DNA of 64,000 nt from Desulfatiglandales bacterium (GCA_963666345.1 OY762721.1:2688001-2752000); one strand, 5' to 3'; shown: positions 50,154 to 59,985, counted from the first letter of the stretch. Notes: generated by a model not told the origin, from the sequence alone. Made by a program: numbers and translations.

Positions 50154-50690
50154 ATGGAAATAAAGCGGTGTCTGGAAATCCTTGAGCTTCCGAAGTATCC
50201 TTCCATTGATGAAACACGTCAGGCCTATAAGGATCTGGTCAATATCTGGCACCCGGACCGTGTTGGCGATAATCCCAGGCTGAAGAAGAAAGCGGAAGAG
50301 AAACTGAAAGACATCAACATTGCCTATGAGGAACTCAACTCTTTTTTATCCTCTCGGCCAAAAACACCTCCCACAGTGCAAAAAACAGCTCGTGAACAGC
50401 CAAAGGCCGAGGTGTTTCATCCTGCCGACCGGGCGAAAACGGAAACAAAGAAAGCTCCAAGACCCAATGTGGATATTCAGCCTAAATCCGATTTCTTTTC
50501 GAGCTTGTGGACGTTCCTTTCCAAAGCCCTGGACGCCTTAACCGCCGCTCAAGGGTCTTCAAATGAACCCATGCGCAAACGGACTACGCCATTTGAGCCG
50601 ACCGGGGGACAGAGGCAAAACAGAGGCAGAGGCATGGGGAGGGGGAAAGGCATGGGAGGAGGGGGAAGAGGGAGAGGCCGAAGGGGTTAA
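50154..50690 (+). CDS. J-domain (DnaJ-like) protein with a Gly/Arg-rich tail
   Basis: AYKDLVNIWHPDR...AEEKLKDINIAYEEL; GRGMGRGKGMGGGGRGRGRRG tail. Confidence 0.82.
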   Translation: MEIKRCLEILELPKYPSIDETRQAYKDLVNIWHPDRVGDNPRLKKKAEEKLKDINIAYEELNSFLSSRPKTPPTVQKTAREQPKAEVFHPADRAKTETKKAPRPNVDIQPKSDFFSSLWTFLSKALDALTAAQGSSNEPMRKRTTPFEPTGGQRQNRGRGMGRGKGMGGGGRGRGRRG

Positions 50691-50860
50691 ATTGGTTTTG
50701 TCCCTCCAAAGACCCTCCTTGCCCTGCTCCCGAAACATCGGTTTGCACGGTAACTCTGATAACCCGTAGCATCCCGTGAAACCGGGACCCGGGGTTTAAA
50801 TATTAAGTGCAACGTTGTCCATGTTGTTGTTATCTCTTACGAATAGAAAGGTTTTTGAAA

Positions 50861-51358
50861 ATGGCTCTGGAAGTGGAATTGGAAAGTGAAATCAAGCTGA
50901 TGAATGATGAAAAAAAGCTTAATCTTGTGACTCCCTGCGGCTACTGCTGCCTTACCTGTCCCGTCTATGTTAAAAGCAGGTGCCGGGATGAGGCCGTAAT
51001 CGAACAGATGCGCAGAAGATGCGAACTGGCAGGTGCTTCGGCCGATGAGGCGATCAATCGATGCCCGGGCTGCCGTGCAACTCAGGGAAACCCTCACGGA
51101 TCCGGGGTGTGCCGGACATATGAATGCTGCGTCAATGACAAGGGGCTCAATTTCTGTCATGAATGCGAAGATTTTCCATGCCTTAAACTGGCTCCGATTG
51201 CCAGAAATGCCGAGATAAGACCTCATAATACCAAGATATATAATCTTCTGATGCTAAAAAGGCTTGGTCTGGACGGTTACATTACCGGGAGCGGGAGGCT
51301 CTGGTCTCAATTTGCCAGGGGCAGGACTCCGGTGGACGGTGATGATGTGCAGTTGTAA
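50861..51358 (+). CDS. Cys-rich DUF3795-like protein
   Basis: PCGYCCLTC...CPGCR...CRTYECC...FCHECEDFPC. Confidence 0.75.
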   Translation: MALEVELESEIKLMNDEKKLNLVTPCGYCCLTCPVYVKSRCRDEAVIEQMRRRCELAGASADEAINRCPGCRATQGNPHGSGVCRTYECCVNDKGLNFCHECEDFPCLKLAPIARNAEIRPHNTKIYNLLMLKRLGLDGYITGSGRLWSQFARGRTPVDGDDVQL

Positions 51359-51553
51359 CCTTGTTGATTAAGGGTCTGTCCTTGACATTGAAAAGAAGAT
51401 TAGAGGTTCAAGTTTCAAGATCTGTCCCCTATACTATTTTGACCTGTTCCGCTTTTTGCCCCCAATATCCAATAAACGAGACGTCCACTTACTCAATAGT
51501 TGGGCTTGGTGCTTTGAAGGCGTTATCTTTTTGGAAAAACAGGAGAAATGAAT

Positions 51554-52237
51554 ATGGGAAAGATGGATGCAAACCCGTTCAACCGGGAAAAGCTTACCGA
51601 AGACGTTTTGAAAGAATGGCAGAACATGCTCAATGAGACGGCTGAGATCCTTGGCGTTCCCGCGGGGCTGATCACGCGCGTTGACGGTAAGGAAATTGAG
51701 ATCCTCCTTTCAAGTGAGACTGAGGGCAACCCTTATCCGGCAGGGAGCACGTCTCAGTACCCGGATTCCGGATGGTACTGTGAGCATACTCTGAAGAGCA
51801 GGGAGCTTAATCTGATTCCAAATGCGCTCAAAGATCCTCAGTGGAAAGACAATTCAGCTGCAGTCGGACTGCACATTATCTCCTACGTAGGCATGCCCAT
51901 TGAGTGCCCAGATGGAGGACTGTTCGGGACGATATGCTTCCTGGACAACAAGGAGAACGCTCATAATGACATACACATCCAGCTGGTCAAACAGATCAAG
52001 AGGATGATCGAACTGTTCCTTCGCATTGTTTTGGCCAAAGAGGAGATAGACCGCCGGGATCGATTGCTTGAAGATTTGAGTAAGATTTATCCGATTTGCA
52101 GTTATTGCAAAAAGATCCGCGAAAAAACGGGCAAGTGGGTCTCGGTAGAAAAATATGTAAGTGATATTTCCGGGGCCGAGCCCTCTCACGGGGTCTGCCC
52201 GGCGTGCTACGAAAGGGAGATCAAGCGATTTACCTAA
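51554..52237 (+). CDS. GAF-domain protein with a C-terminal Cys/His motif
   Basis: YCE, SYVGMPI...FGTICFLD; PICSYCKKIR...SHGVCPAC. Confidence 0.8.
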   Translation: MGKMDANPFNREKLTEDVLKEWQNMLNETAEILGVPAGLITRVDGKEIEILLSSETEGNPYPAGSTSQYPDSGWYCEHTLKSRELNLIPNALKDPQWKDNSAAVGLHIISYVGMPIECPDGGLFGTICFLDNKENAHNDIHIQLVKQIKRMIELFLRIVLAKEEIDRRDRLLEDLSKIYPICSYCKKIREKTGKWVSVEKYVSDISGAEPSHGVCPACYEREIKRFT

Positions 52238-52297
52238 ACAGTGCATTAACCGGACACCGATAAGGCCTGGCGCCGGCCGTGCGCGGTGTTTCAAACT

Positions 52298-52624
52298 ATT
52301 TTATGGAGCCATTCTTCTTGGGGGTTGGATCTTTCACGCATATTGTCACAGGGTTCACAAACAGGCCCATGAACAGTCGAAGCAAATCGAGGGACTCGTC
52401 ACAACCGGGGTGTTCTCTAAGATGCGGCACCCCATGTATCTGGGTCTGGCCATCGCATGGGGAGTTGCGTGGATGCTCCTTCCTTTGCTTCTTTTTTCGG
52501 CATTGACTGTGTTGACCATGATCACATGATCAAGGAAGAGGAGTTTCTACTGCGTAGGTTCGGGCATCAATACGAGGAATACATGCAAGCAGTGCCCTGG
52601 CGGTTAATACCCAAAATATTTTAA
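52298..52624 (+). pseudogene. Isoprenylcysteine carboxylmethyltransferase-family fragment
   Basis: LVTTGVFSKMRHPMYLG; an 8-bp duplication shifts the frame before KEEEFLLRRFGHQYEEY. Confidence 0.75.
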
Positions 52625-52641
52625 AAGGAAAGGGACTGAAG

Positions 52642-53301
52642 GTGATACCCGCAGAGGAGTGGTGGAGCATTATCGAAGCCTATGGTGTTCGAATCTGGCC
52701 TGCCCAGGCCGTTTTCTACATCGTCGCAATTCTACTTACCGGGTGGCTTTTTCTCAAACCGGGTCGGGTCCGGAACCGGTTCATAAAGCTGTATCTCTCA
52801 ATTGCATTCGCGTGGAACGGTATTGTGTTTTTCCTGATACTTGCCAGGGATATCACGGGCGACAGCTATGGGAACTACTTGTTCGGTTCCATATTCATCA
52901 TCGTGTCGGTTTTGTTTGCGGTTGATCTATTCAGGCAGAAGATGCAGTTTTCCCTCCCGGCAGCCGGATGGCGCAAGCATGCCACTATAGCGCTGATGCT
53001 ATTGGTGTTCTGCTACCCCTTGTTCGGTATCGCGTTCGGACACCGACTCACCAGCCTCATCGTGCCGGGTACCATGCCGTGCCCAACGACGGCTCTCGGC
53101 TTGCTCATGTTGACGACCGCTCTGCCGCGGGTTGATAAGATAGCGTACGTCCTGCTGCTTTTATGGGCGATTCCTTTTCCGCCGTTCATTCAAATTCCCA
53201 AGTATGGCGTCTATGAAGATGGGATCATGTTTGTTGCCGGCATCTACAGCCTGATCCTGCTATTTAGATATTGGAAGACTGAAGCTCCACGTGCCTTTTA
53301 A
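52642..53301 (+). CDS. DUF6064-like membrane protein
   Basis: EEWWSIIEAY...IWPAQ and PCPTT; multiple TM helices. Confidence 0.7.
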   Translation: MIPAEEWWSIIEAYGVRIWPAQAVFYIVAILLTGWLFLKPGRVRNRFIKLYLSIAFAWNGIVFFLILARDITGDSYGNYLFGSIFIIVSVLFAVDLFRQKMQFSLPAAGWRKHATIALMLLVFCYPLFGIAFGHRLTSLIVPGTMPCPTTALGLLMLTTALPRVDKIAYVLLLLWAIPFPPFIQIPKYGVYEDGIMFVAGIYSLILLFRYWKTEAPRAF

Positions 53302-53379
53302 TGGGTGCCCCTTAGCCCCCATAAGAGGCAGTCGGATATGAGCCTGTCCATCACAATTGTTTAACAGGAGAGTATAATT

Positions 53380-53745
53380 ATGGCAGATGGTCTATATGTC
53401 GAGGAAACTTTCAGGCATCTTCATGAAATTCCTGAAACAGCACTAAAGGAATATAAGACGTCAGAATTTATCGCAAAAGAGTCAAACAGTTTTGGTTTTG
53501 CTGTAAGGACAGGTATCGTAGGGACCGGATGCGTGGCGGTGCTGGACGGCAAAAAAAAGGGAACTGCCCTTGGGCTCAGGGCGGACATGGTTCCGGGTCT
53601 TCATCATCCTGATATGAGCTTTGATCTGAAGGCACTGTCGGATGGAAGGGAACTTCTAAAAGAGATAGTTGAAGAAAATATCAGTAGAGGGAAATGGGTG
53701 TCTCCAGTATGTCAGCTCGGAACCTTACTTTTTTGCCTTCGTTAG
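53380..53745 (+). pseudogene. M20 amidohydrolase with a large internal deletion
   Basis: HLHEIPE...EYKTS...GTG...LRADM joined directly to PGLHHPDMSFD. Confidence 0.75.
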
Positions 53746-53953
53746 TCCAAATTTTTTTGTATTTATCTTGCCGTTTGAATGTTTATAGTTTATAAGCTAT
53801 AAATACGATCGAAAATTCCTTGTTTTTTGGGACCTAATCTTGCGGGTAATCAGCTTTTTTTGCAAGACTTTCAAAAATTCATGCCGGGGGTGGTCTGTTC
53901 GGCACGGTTGATTCGGTGACCTTTCATTTGTCGGCAATCAATGGAGAGATGAT

Positions 53954-54601
53954 ATGGGGTTTGATCAAAAAAAGCGGTACAGGCCCAACCTGAATGAAAT
54001 CGCTTATGAAGAAATCAAGAACATGATCTTTGTCGGGGAACTCGTCCAGGGAGAAAGGATCCTTCTGGACAAGATGGCTGAAAGGATGAATCTCAGTATC
54101 ACCCCGGTCAGAGAGGCGCTGAACAAACTGGCGCAGGAGGACCTGATCCATATGACCCCCCGCACCAGCTACGAGGTTGTGCGCCTTGACAAAGACGACA
54201 TAGTCGATATCCTGGAACTGCGGGAACTGCTGGAGATATTTGCCCTTCGCTCGGCAGGGGATAATATCAAGAACTTTCCTGTAGAAGAGACGCGGGCCAT
54301 GATTGTCAAGATCTACCGAACCGAAGATTATATGCAGTTTATCGATGCTGACATTATTCTTCACAAGGCGATAATTTCCATTGCCAGAAATCAGAAGCTC
54401 AAGAAACTGTTTGATCTCATTTATAACGGCATCCGCATCCTTGCCATCCCGTCTGCAAAGGTTCCGGGCCGTATCGAGAAGAGCAACCAGGAGCACCTGG
54501 CACTGTTGAAGGAAATCGGAGAGGGAAATATCGAAAAGGCAGCTGAGACTCTGACCCACCACATACGGCAGGTAAAGACAATCCTGCTTGAGGGATTATG
54601 A
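53954..54601 (+). CDS. GntR/FadR-family regulator (FCD domain)
   Basis: SITPVREALNKLAQE; D..LH and EH motifs. Confidence 0.92.
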   Translation: MGFDQKKRYRPNLNEIAYEEIKNMIFVGELVQGERILLDKMAERMNLSITPVREALNKLAQEDLIHMTPRTSYEVVRLDKDDIVDILELRELLEIFALRSAGDNIKNFPVEETRAMIVKIYRTEDYMQFIDADIILHKAIISIARNQKLKKLFDLIYNGIRILAIPSAKVPGRIEKSNQEHLALLKEIGEGNIEKAAETLTHHIRQVKTILLEGL

Positions 54602-55064
54602 GAAAAGAGGACGTACCAGCGGAAGTGACCCAGGGGCAGTCGGATTATTTTTCCCAATCTTAGCCGCATTGCTTCAGTACCAAAGGAGCTTTGACGGCCG
54701 CTACAAAACTATACATGAATTTCGCCTCACACCAGCACCAATCTTAATATCCTGATAATAAAACTTTTTTTCATCAGCATCTCTATTTTTACTGTTTCCC
54801 CGCCCTGCAAAAAAAATAAATAATTTTATTGACATCGTATATCTTATAAAATATAGGAAATAAAAAATAAGGTTGATGGAGGTCCTGAATCGAGCGGGAA
54901 CCCTCTTCTTAATTACACTTGTATAAAGCGCCTTTTCAGGGTGATTGATAAGAAATTACCTCATGAAAGCTACCCCGCCGAATGGATCCCCGCAGTTGGA
55001 ACAATGGCATAATGGTTGGAGCATATCATTAAACAAGGTCAACAAAAGAGGAGGAGATGAAAAA

Positions 55065-56126
55065 ATGATTAATGCTAGAAAAGGAATCTGGTCAGGTCTG
55101 GTTGGTGTTGTTGTTATAGCCCTTTGCCTGGGGCTGACAGCCATGCCCGCCTCGGCCAAGAAGCTCATCAAGCTGGCCCACGTTGATACGGATGACCCCA
55201 CTATTTCGTCTGATCATGCGTTTTCGGTTGTTTTCAAAAACCTCGTGGAAAGCGGAACCAACGGTGAAATAGAGGTCAAGATCTATCCCGCAAGCGTGCT
55301 GGGTAAGGAACGGGAATCGATGGAGATGGTTCAGAGAGGCCTCATTCAGGGCTATCTGGCCACAACAGGCGCCATGGCCACCTTCTGGCCCCTGGTGGGA
55401 GTCCTTGATACCCCATTTGCCATTCCCAACTACTCGGTCGCCTATGATGTTTTTGACGGCCCGTTCGGGGATAAACTTAAGACATCCATAGAGGAAGCGG
55501 TAAAGGTGAAATGCCTGGAAGTTACGGGCGCAGCGGGATTTTTCTGCTTTACCAACAGCAAGAAACAGATCAGGACCGTGGACGATGTCAAGGGTATCAA
55601 GTTTCGCACAATGTCTATGCCCAGCCATATCGCATTTTTCAGCTCCATGGGGGCATCTGCCATCCCGATCTCCTGGTCGGAGGTCTTCACCGCGATGCAG
55701 ACCGGCGTGGTTGACGGACACCACAACCCGCTCGGCCAGATCATTTATGCAAAGATCTACGAAGTCCAGAAGTACCTCACACTTACTAACCACATATTTT
55801 CAACACACTATTTTATTATGAATGATGCCTTTTTCAAGGGGCTGACCCCGGAGCAGAAAAAGGTTGTCCTTGATGCGGCCCGCGTAGCCAAAGTTGCATC
55901 ACGGGGTATACCCAGGACCTATCTGTCAACAGACAAGGGGCTTCCATTCCTTGCCAAGCATATGGATGTGTACCAGCCTACCTTGGAGGAGCAGAAAACC
56001 TTTGCAAATGTGGCTATTCCTGCCATGCAGAAGTGGGTTAAGGAAAATCTGGGCGAAGAAGGTGCGGCCCTGCAGGATGATTTTCTTAAGTCCATTGCAG
56101 ATTCCGTAAAGAAACTGGGTTATTAG
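55065..56126 (+). CDS. dctP: TRAP transporter substrate-binding protein
   Basis: Signal peptide; KGIKFRTM and SEVFTAMQTGVVDG motifs. Confidence 0.92.
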   Translation: MINARKGIWSGLVGVVVIALCLGLTAMPASAKKLIKLAHVDTDDPTISSDHAFSVVFKNLVESGTNGEIEVKIYPASVLGKERESMEMVQRGLIQGYLATTGAMATFWPLVGVLDTPFAIPNYSVAYDVFDGPFGDKLKTSIEEAVKVKCLEVTGAAGFFCFTNSKKQIRTVDDVKGIKFRTMSMPSHIAFFSSMGASAIPISWSEVFTAMQTGVVDGHHNPLGQIIYAKIYEVQKYLTLTNHIFSTHYFIMNDAFFKGLTPEQKKVVLDAARVAKVASRGIPRTYLSTDKGLPFLAKHMDVYQPTLEEQKTFANVAIPAMQKWVKENLGEEGAALQDDFLKSIADSVKKLGY

Positions 56127-56148
56127 AGAACACAGCCTTAGCTCGTAA

Positions 56149-56183
56149 CATCCCCCCTTTGTCAAGGATGAAAAAGGGGGATG
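56149..56183 (+). terminator. Intercistronic hairpin after dctP
   Basis: CATCCCCCCTTT...AAAGGGGGATG. Confidence 0.5.
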
Positions 56184-56187
56184 ATTT

Positions 56188-56727
56188 ATGAAAGGGAAAA
56201 GTATGGATTCAGCGGAACAAAACAGCTTCGTCCGCAAGGCCGAACAGCTGGCCACGATCATAGAAAAGCTCACAGCGGTGCCATGCATCCTTATCGGTGC
56301 TGTGATGGTGGTTACCGTCATCAGCGGGGTATTCGCCCGTTATCTTCTGAAAAACCCAATGCCCTGGACAGAGGAGGTGGCGCGATTCTGTATGAACTGG
56401 GTGGCGCTTTTGGGTGCCTCCATAGTCGTCCGACACCGGGGCCATCTGGGATTGCTCTACTTTATCCGGAAAGTTCCCTTGCCCTTGCAGCGTCTAACCA
56501 AACTAATAATGGACATCCTGATAATGTTCTTCCTTTATCTTCTGACGGTGGAGGGATTTAAGATGGCGATGGCAGCCAAGGCACAGGTCGAGCCTACATC
56601 CGGTATCTCGATGACCTATATTTTGATTTGCGTTCCCCTGGCAGGTCTGCTGATGATAATCCAGACCGGTATTCAGATGTTTGTTGATGCATTTCAATGG
56701 GGTACATCCAAGTCACCCTATGTCTAG
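56188..56727 (+). CDS. dctQ: TRAP small permease
   Basis: VFARY...WTEEVAR...RHRGHL; 4 TM helices. Confidence 0.9.
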   Translation: MKGKSMDSAEQNSFVRKAEQLATIIEKLTAVPCILIGAVMVVTVISGVFARYLLKNPMPWTEEVARFCMNWVALLGASIVVRHRGHLGLLYFIRKVPLPLQRLTKLIMDILIMFFLYLLTVEGFKMAMAAKAQVEPTSGISMTYILICVPLAGLLMIIQTGIQMFVDAFQWGTSKSPYV

Positions 56728-56745
56728 TAGTCGGAAAGGAAAATC

Positions 56746-58032
56746 ATGACCTCGATTATCACCATCTTTTTCTTTGTGTTTCTAGTTCTGGGGATGCCTA
56801 TCGCCTTTGTGCTGGGAGTCACATCACTGGTGGCCATCATTAAAATGGGGGTTCCGGATCTGGTTCAGCTCATCCCCCTTAAAGTCTATAACGGAATAGA
56901 TATTTATCCGATGATGGCGATGCCCCTCTTTATTTTAGCAGGGGATTTCATGAACAGGACCGGGATCACTACCCAGGTGGTCACCTTTGCGCTCCGCATT
57001 GTGGGTCATCTTAAGGGCGGGCTTGCCCACGCCAATATCGTGGCAAGTATCATCTTTGCCGGAATCACCGGAAGCGCTGTGGCCGATGCCGCCGCCCTGG
57101 GTACCCTGCTTATCCCGGCCATGGAAAAAGAGGGATATCCGAGACCCTTTGCCGCCTCTATTGTTACGGCCGCATCTGTCATCGGACCGATTATTCCGCC
57201 TTCCATGATAATGGTAATCTACGGCTCCTTCATGAGTGTTTCAATTGCAGGACTTTTTGCTGCGGGTATAGTCCCCGGGATCCTGATGGCAACTGCCCTG
57301 ATGTTTTCCGCTTATCGGACGGCATCAAAGAACAACTATCCGTGCACGGAGCGACGGGCCACGGTGCGCGAGATGCTGGTTTCCCTGAAAAAGGCCTCTG
57401 TGGCGATTATGATGCCGGTTATAATACTGACCGGGATTTTGGGCGGGTTTTTGACTCCGACTGAAGCGGCTGCAGCAGGTGTGTTCTACGCCTTTATCGT
57501 TGGCTTTTTTGTGTATCGAAACCTTACGCTCAAGGACCTGTGGGAATGTCTGGGCAATATGACCTTTGTTACGGCAGTGGTATTCCTGATTCTGGCCACG
57601 GCAGCCATATTCGGCTGGCTGCTGGCCTCCGAGCAGATCCCACAAAAGGTGGCCGGCCTGATCCTGTCTATCAGTGACAACAAATATTTCGTTCTTCTCA
57701 TCATTAACTGCGTCCTGATCATTGTGGGATGTTTCATGGACCAGACAGCTGCTCTCATCATACTGGCGCCGGTGCTGGGGCCTCTGGCCCATCAGGTGGG
57801 TGTCCACCCGCTTCATTTCGGCATAGTCATGTGTCTGAATCTGGTCCTGGGCCTGGTGACGCCGCCCCTTGGGGCGTGCCTGTTCACTGTATGCAGTATA
57901 GGAAAGCTGCAGATAGAGGATGTGGTCAAACCGCTCCTGCCTATGATAGGAGCCCTGCTTGTCGTGCTGTTGCTGGTCACCTATGTGCCGGCGATCTGTC
58001 TGACTATTCCACGGTGGCTTGGATTCGCATAG
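56746..58032 (+). CDS. dctM: TRAP large permease
   Basis: GMPIAF, GSAVADAAA, IIPPS, TPTEAA and TPPLG motifs. Confidence 0.93.
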   Translation: MTSIITIFFFVFLVLGMPIAFVLGVTSLVAIIKMGVPDLVQLIPLKVYNGIDIYPMMAMPLFILAGDFMNRTGITTQVVTFALRIVGHLKGGLAHANIVASIIFAGITGSAVADAAALGTLLIPAMEKEGYPRPFAASIVTAASVIGPIIPPSMIMVIYGSFMSVSIAGLFAAGIVPGILMATALMFSAYRTASKNNYPCTERRATVREMLVSLKKASVAIMMPVIILTGILGGFLTPTEAAAAGVFYAFIVGFFVYRNLTLKDLWECLGNMTFVTAVVFLILATAAIFGWLLASEQIPQKVAGLILSISDNKYFVLLIINCVLIIVGCFMDQTAALIILAPVLGPLAHQVGVHPLHFGIVMCLNLVLGLVTPPLGACLFTVCSIGKLQIEDVVKPLLPMIGALLVVLLLVTYVPAICLTIPRWLGFA

Positions 58033-58100
58033 AAAGATCTTATAAGCAGTTTTAAATAACCGACCCATTTAGGGTTTGAAAAAATCAAGGAGACATTGCC

Positions 58101-58940
58101 ATGAGCAATTACTATTCACCCAAGGGAGATCTGCCAGCACAGACCGACCTTATGACCGGCCGTGCGGTGTTCACAGAGGCCTACGCCGTTATTCCGAAAG
58201 GAGTAATGGCACATGCGGTTGCCAGTTATCTGCCGCATTGGGAAAAGAGCCGTGTATGGATAATAGCGCGTCCTTTGTCCGGTTTTGCAGAAACCTTTTC
58301 ACAGTACATCATGGAGGTGGCCCCGGGCGGAGGGAGCGATCGGCCCGAGCCTGAAAAAGAGGCCGAATGCATCATCTTTGTCACAGAGGGAAATCTTACT
58401 CTTCACCTGGGCGATGATATTCATGAGATGGGTGTCGGCGGCTACGCATACATACCGGCAGGATCCGACTGGCGCCTGTGGAACTCGGGGTCGGAACCGG
58501 CATGTTTCCACTGGGTGCGTAAACTTTACGAGGTCGTGGACGGAGTCGATCTGCCGGATGCTTTTGTGACGAATGAAAAAGACGTGACCCCCAACGTCGT
58601 GCCTGATACAGAAGGCCGCTGGGCTGCCACCACCTTCGTAGAGCCAGACGATGTGCGCCACGACATGCATGTCAATATTGTCACCTTTAAGCCGGGCGGT
58701 GTGCTGCCGTTTGAGGAGACGCATGTGATGGAGCATGGCCTCTATGTGCTTTCAGGCAAGGCGGTGTACAAGCTCAACCGCGATTGGGTTGAGGTGGAAG
58801 CCGGTGATTTCATGTGGTTGCGTGCCTTCTGCCCGCAGGCGTGCTATGCGGGAGGGCCTGAACTGTTCCGTTATTTACTATATAAGGATGTGAACCGCCA
58901 CGCAAAACTGCACGGCGTGTTGGATGGAGTCGTGCGATGA
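58101..58940 (+). CDS. allE: (S)-ureidoglycine aminohydrolase (bicupin, YlbA/AllE)
   Basis: ETHVMEHGLYVL, CPQAC and YLLYKDVNR motifs. Confidence 0.85.
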   Translation: MSNYYSPKGDLPAQTDLMTGRAVFTEAYAVIPKGVMAHAVASYLPHWEKSRVWIIARPLSGFAETFSQYIMEVAPGGGSDRPEPEKEAECIIFVTEGNLTLHLGDDIHEMGVGGYAYIPAGSDWRLWNSGSEPACFHWVRKLYEVVDGVDLPDAFVTNEKDVTPNVVPDTEGRWAATTFVEPDDVRHDMHVNIVTFKPGGVLPFEETHVMEHGLYVLSGKAVYKLNRDWVEVEAGDFMWLRAFCPQACYAGGPELFRYLLYKDVNRHAKLHGVLDGVVR

Positions 58941-59425
58941 ATAAGGTTATTATTGAGCCACTGACGGCTGAGGCCTTCAGCTCTTTCGGAAATGTTGTTG
59001 AGGCTGCTGGAGAGCCTGATTATACTATCAACCAGGGCCTTTGCGTTCGCTATCATGACCGCGCAAAGATGGATTTCGGTACAGGCGGACGCTGCGGCCT
59101 GAGTCTGTTTCTGGGCGAACCGCTGACATTGCCGATAAAGCTTGAGATGGTGGAGTGTCACCCTGAAGGCAGCCAGGCCTTCATTCCTATTCATCAGAAC
59201 CCATTTCTGGTGATAGTCGCGCCCAGTGATGCGAACGGTCTTCCAGGAGCGCCCCGAGCCTTTCTGACCTCGCCCGGACAATGTGTCAATTATTACGCCG
59301 GAACCTGGCACGGGGTGTTGATGCCTCTTCACACACCCGGCCTGTTCGCGGTCGTTGACCGGATCGGAAACACTCCGAATCTGAAGGAGCACTGGTTCGA
59401 CGAGCCCTTCACTGTGGAAGCCTAA
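58937..59425 (+). CDS. allA: Ureidoglycolate lyase
   Basis: EPLTAEAFSSFG, INQG, HPEGSQAFIP, GTWH and VVDR motifs. Confidence 0.88.
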   Translation: MNKVIIEPLTAEAFSSFGNVVEAAGEPDYTINQGLCVRYHDRAKMDFGTGGRCGLSLFLGEPLTLPIKLEMVECHPEGSQAFIPIHQNPFLVIVAPSDANGLPGAPRAFLTSPGQCVNYYAGTWHGVLMPLHTPGLFAVVDRIGNTPNLKEHWFDEPFTVEA

Positions 59426-59772
59426 ACCTAAGGCTAAATTGTCAACCCTGTGCGGCTGCGTGATTTTCGGAAGCCGGGTCGGCAGAATGAGGAAATTACC
59501 AAGACGGCATCTCATTATCGTGGATAAAGGGGCTTTTAATCTGAGATAACCGGGTGCCGGGTGAAATAATAAATTGTAATAAGTGGATAAGGTGGCAATA
59601 TGAGGCCTGGAACAGGTCATGTATTGCCATCTTTGTTTTAAAAAAGGGCGTCACAAGTTGCAGGTGACGGCAAGAAGGGGTATGTTACGGGGGAGGCCCA
59701 AAAGCTGATATTTAAATACCGGGGCCCTAAACCCATGTATTCAAATCATATCGAGACCGCGTGTTCTCAAAA

Positions 59773-59985
59773 ATGAGAGAAATTAAGATTTCAGTTGAGC
59801 CTATTGAGCTCTATAAGATCCTGAAGTTTGAAAATATGGTTGCCAGCGGCGGCGAAGCAAAATATTTGATTTCCGAAGGCCGGGTTATGGTAAATGGAAA
59901 GGTTGAAACCAGAAAAAGAAAGAAGATGTTTTCAGGTGATGTCGTTGAATTTGGAGAAGAAAAAATTCGTGTACAGGTCAAATGA
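59773..59985 (+). CDS. S4-domain RNA-binding protein (YbcJ/YaaA)
   Basis: IELYKILK...SGGEAK...VNGKVETRKRKK. Confidence 0.88.
   Translation: MREIKISVEPIELYKILKFENMVASGGEAKYLISEGRVMVNGKVETRKRKKMFSGDVVEFGEEKIRVQVK

Noticed and set aside
52527..52529. TGA as a second selenocysteine codon
   Set aside because: It arises from an 8-bp duplication, the downstream homology is in another frame, and there is no SECIS-like hairpin.
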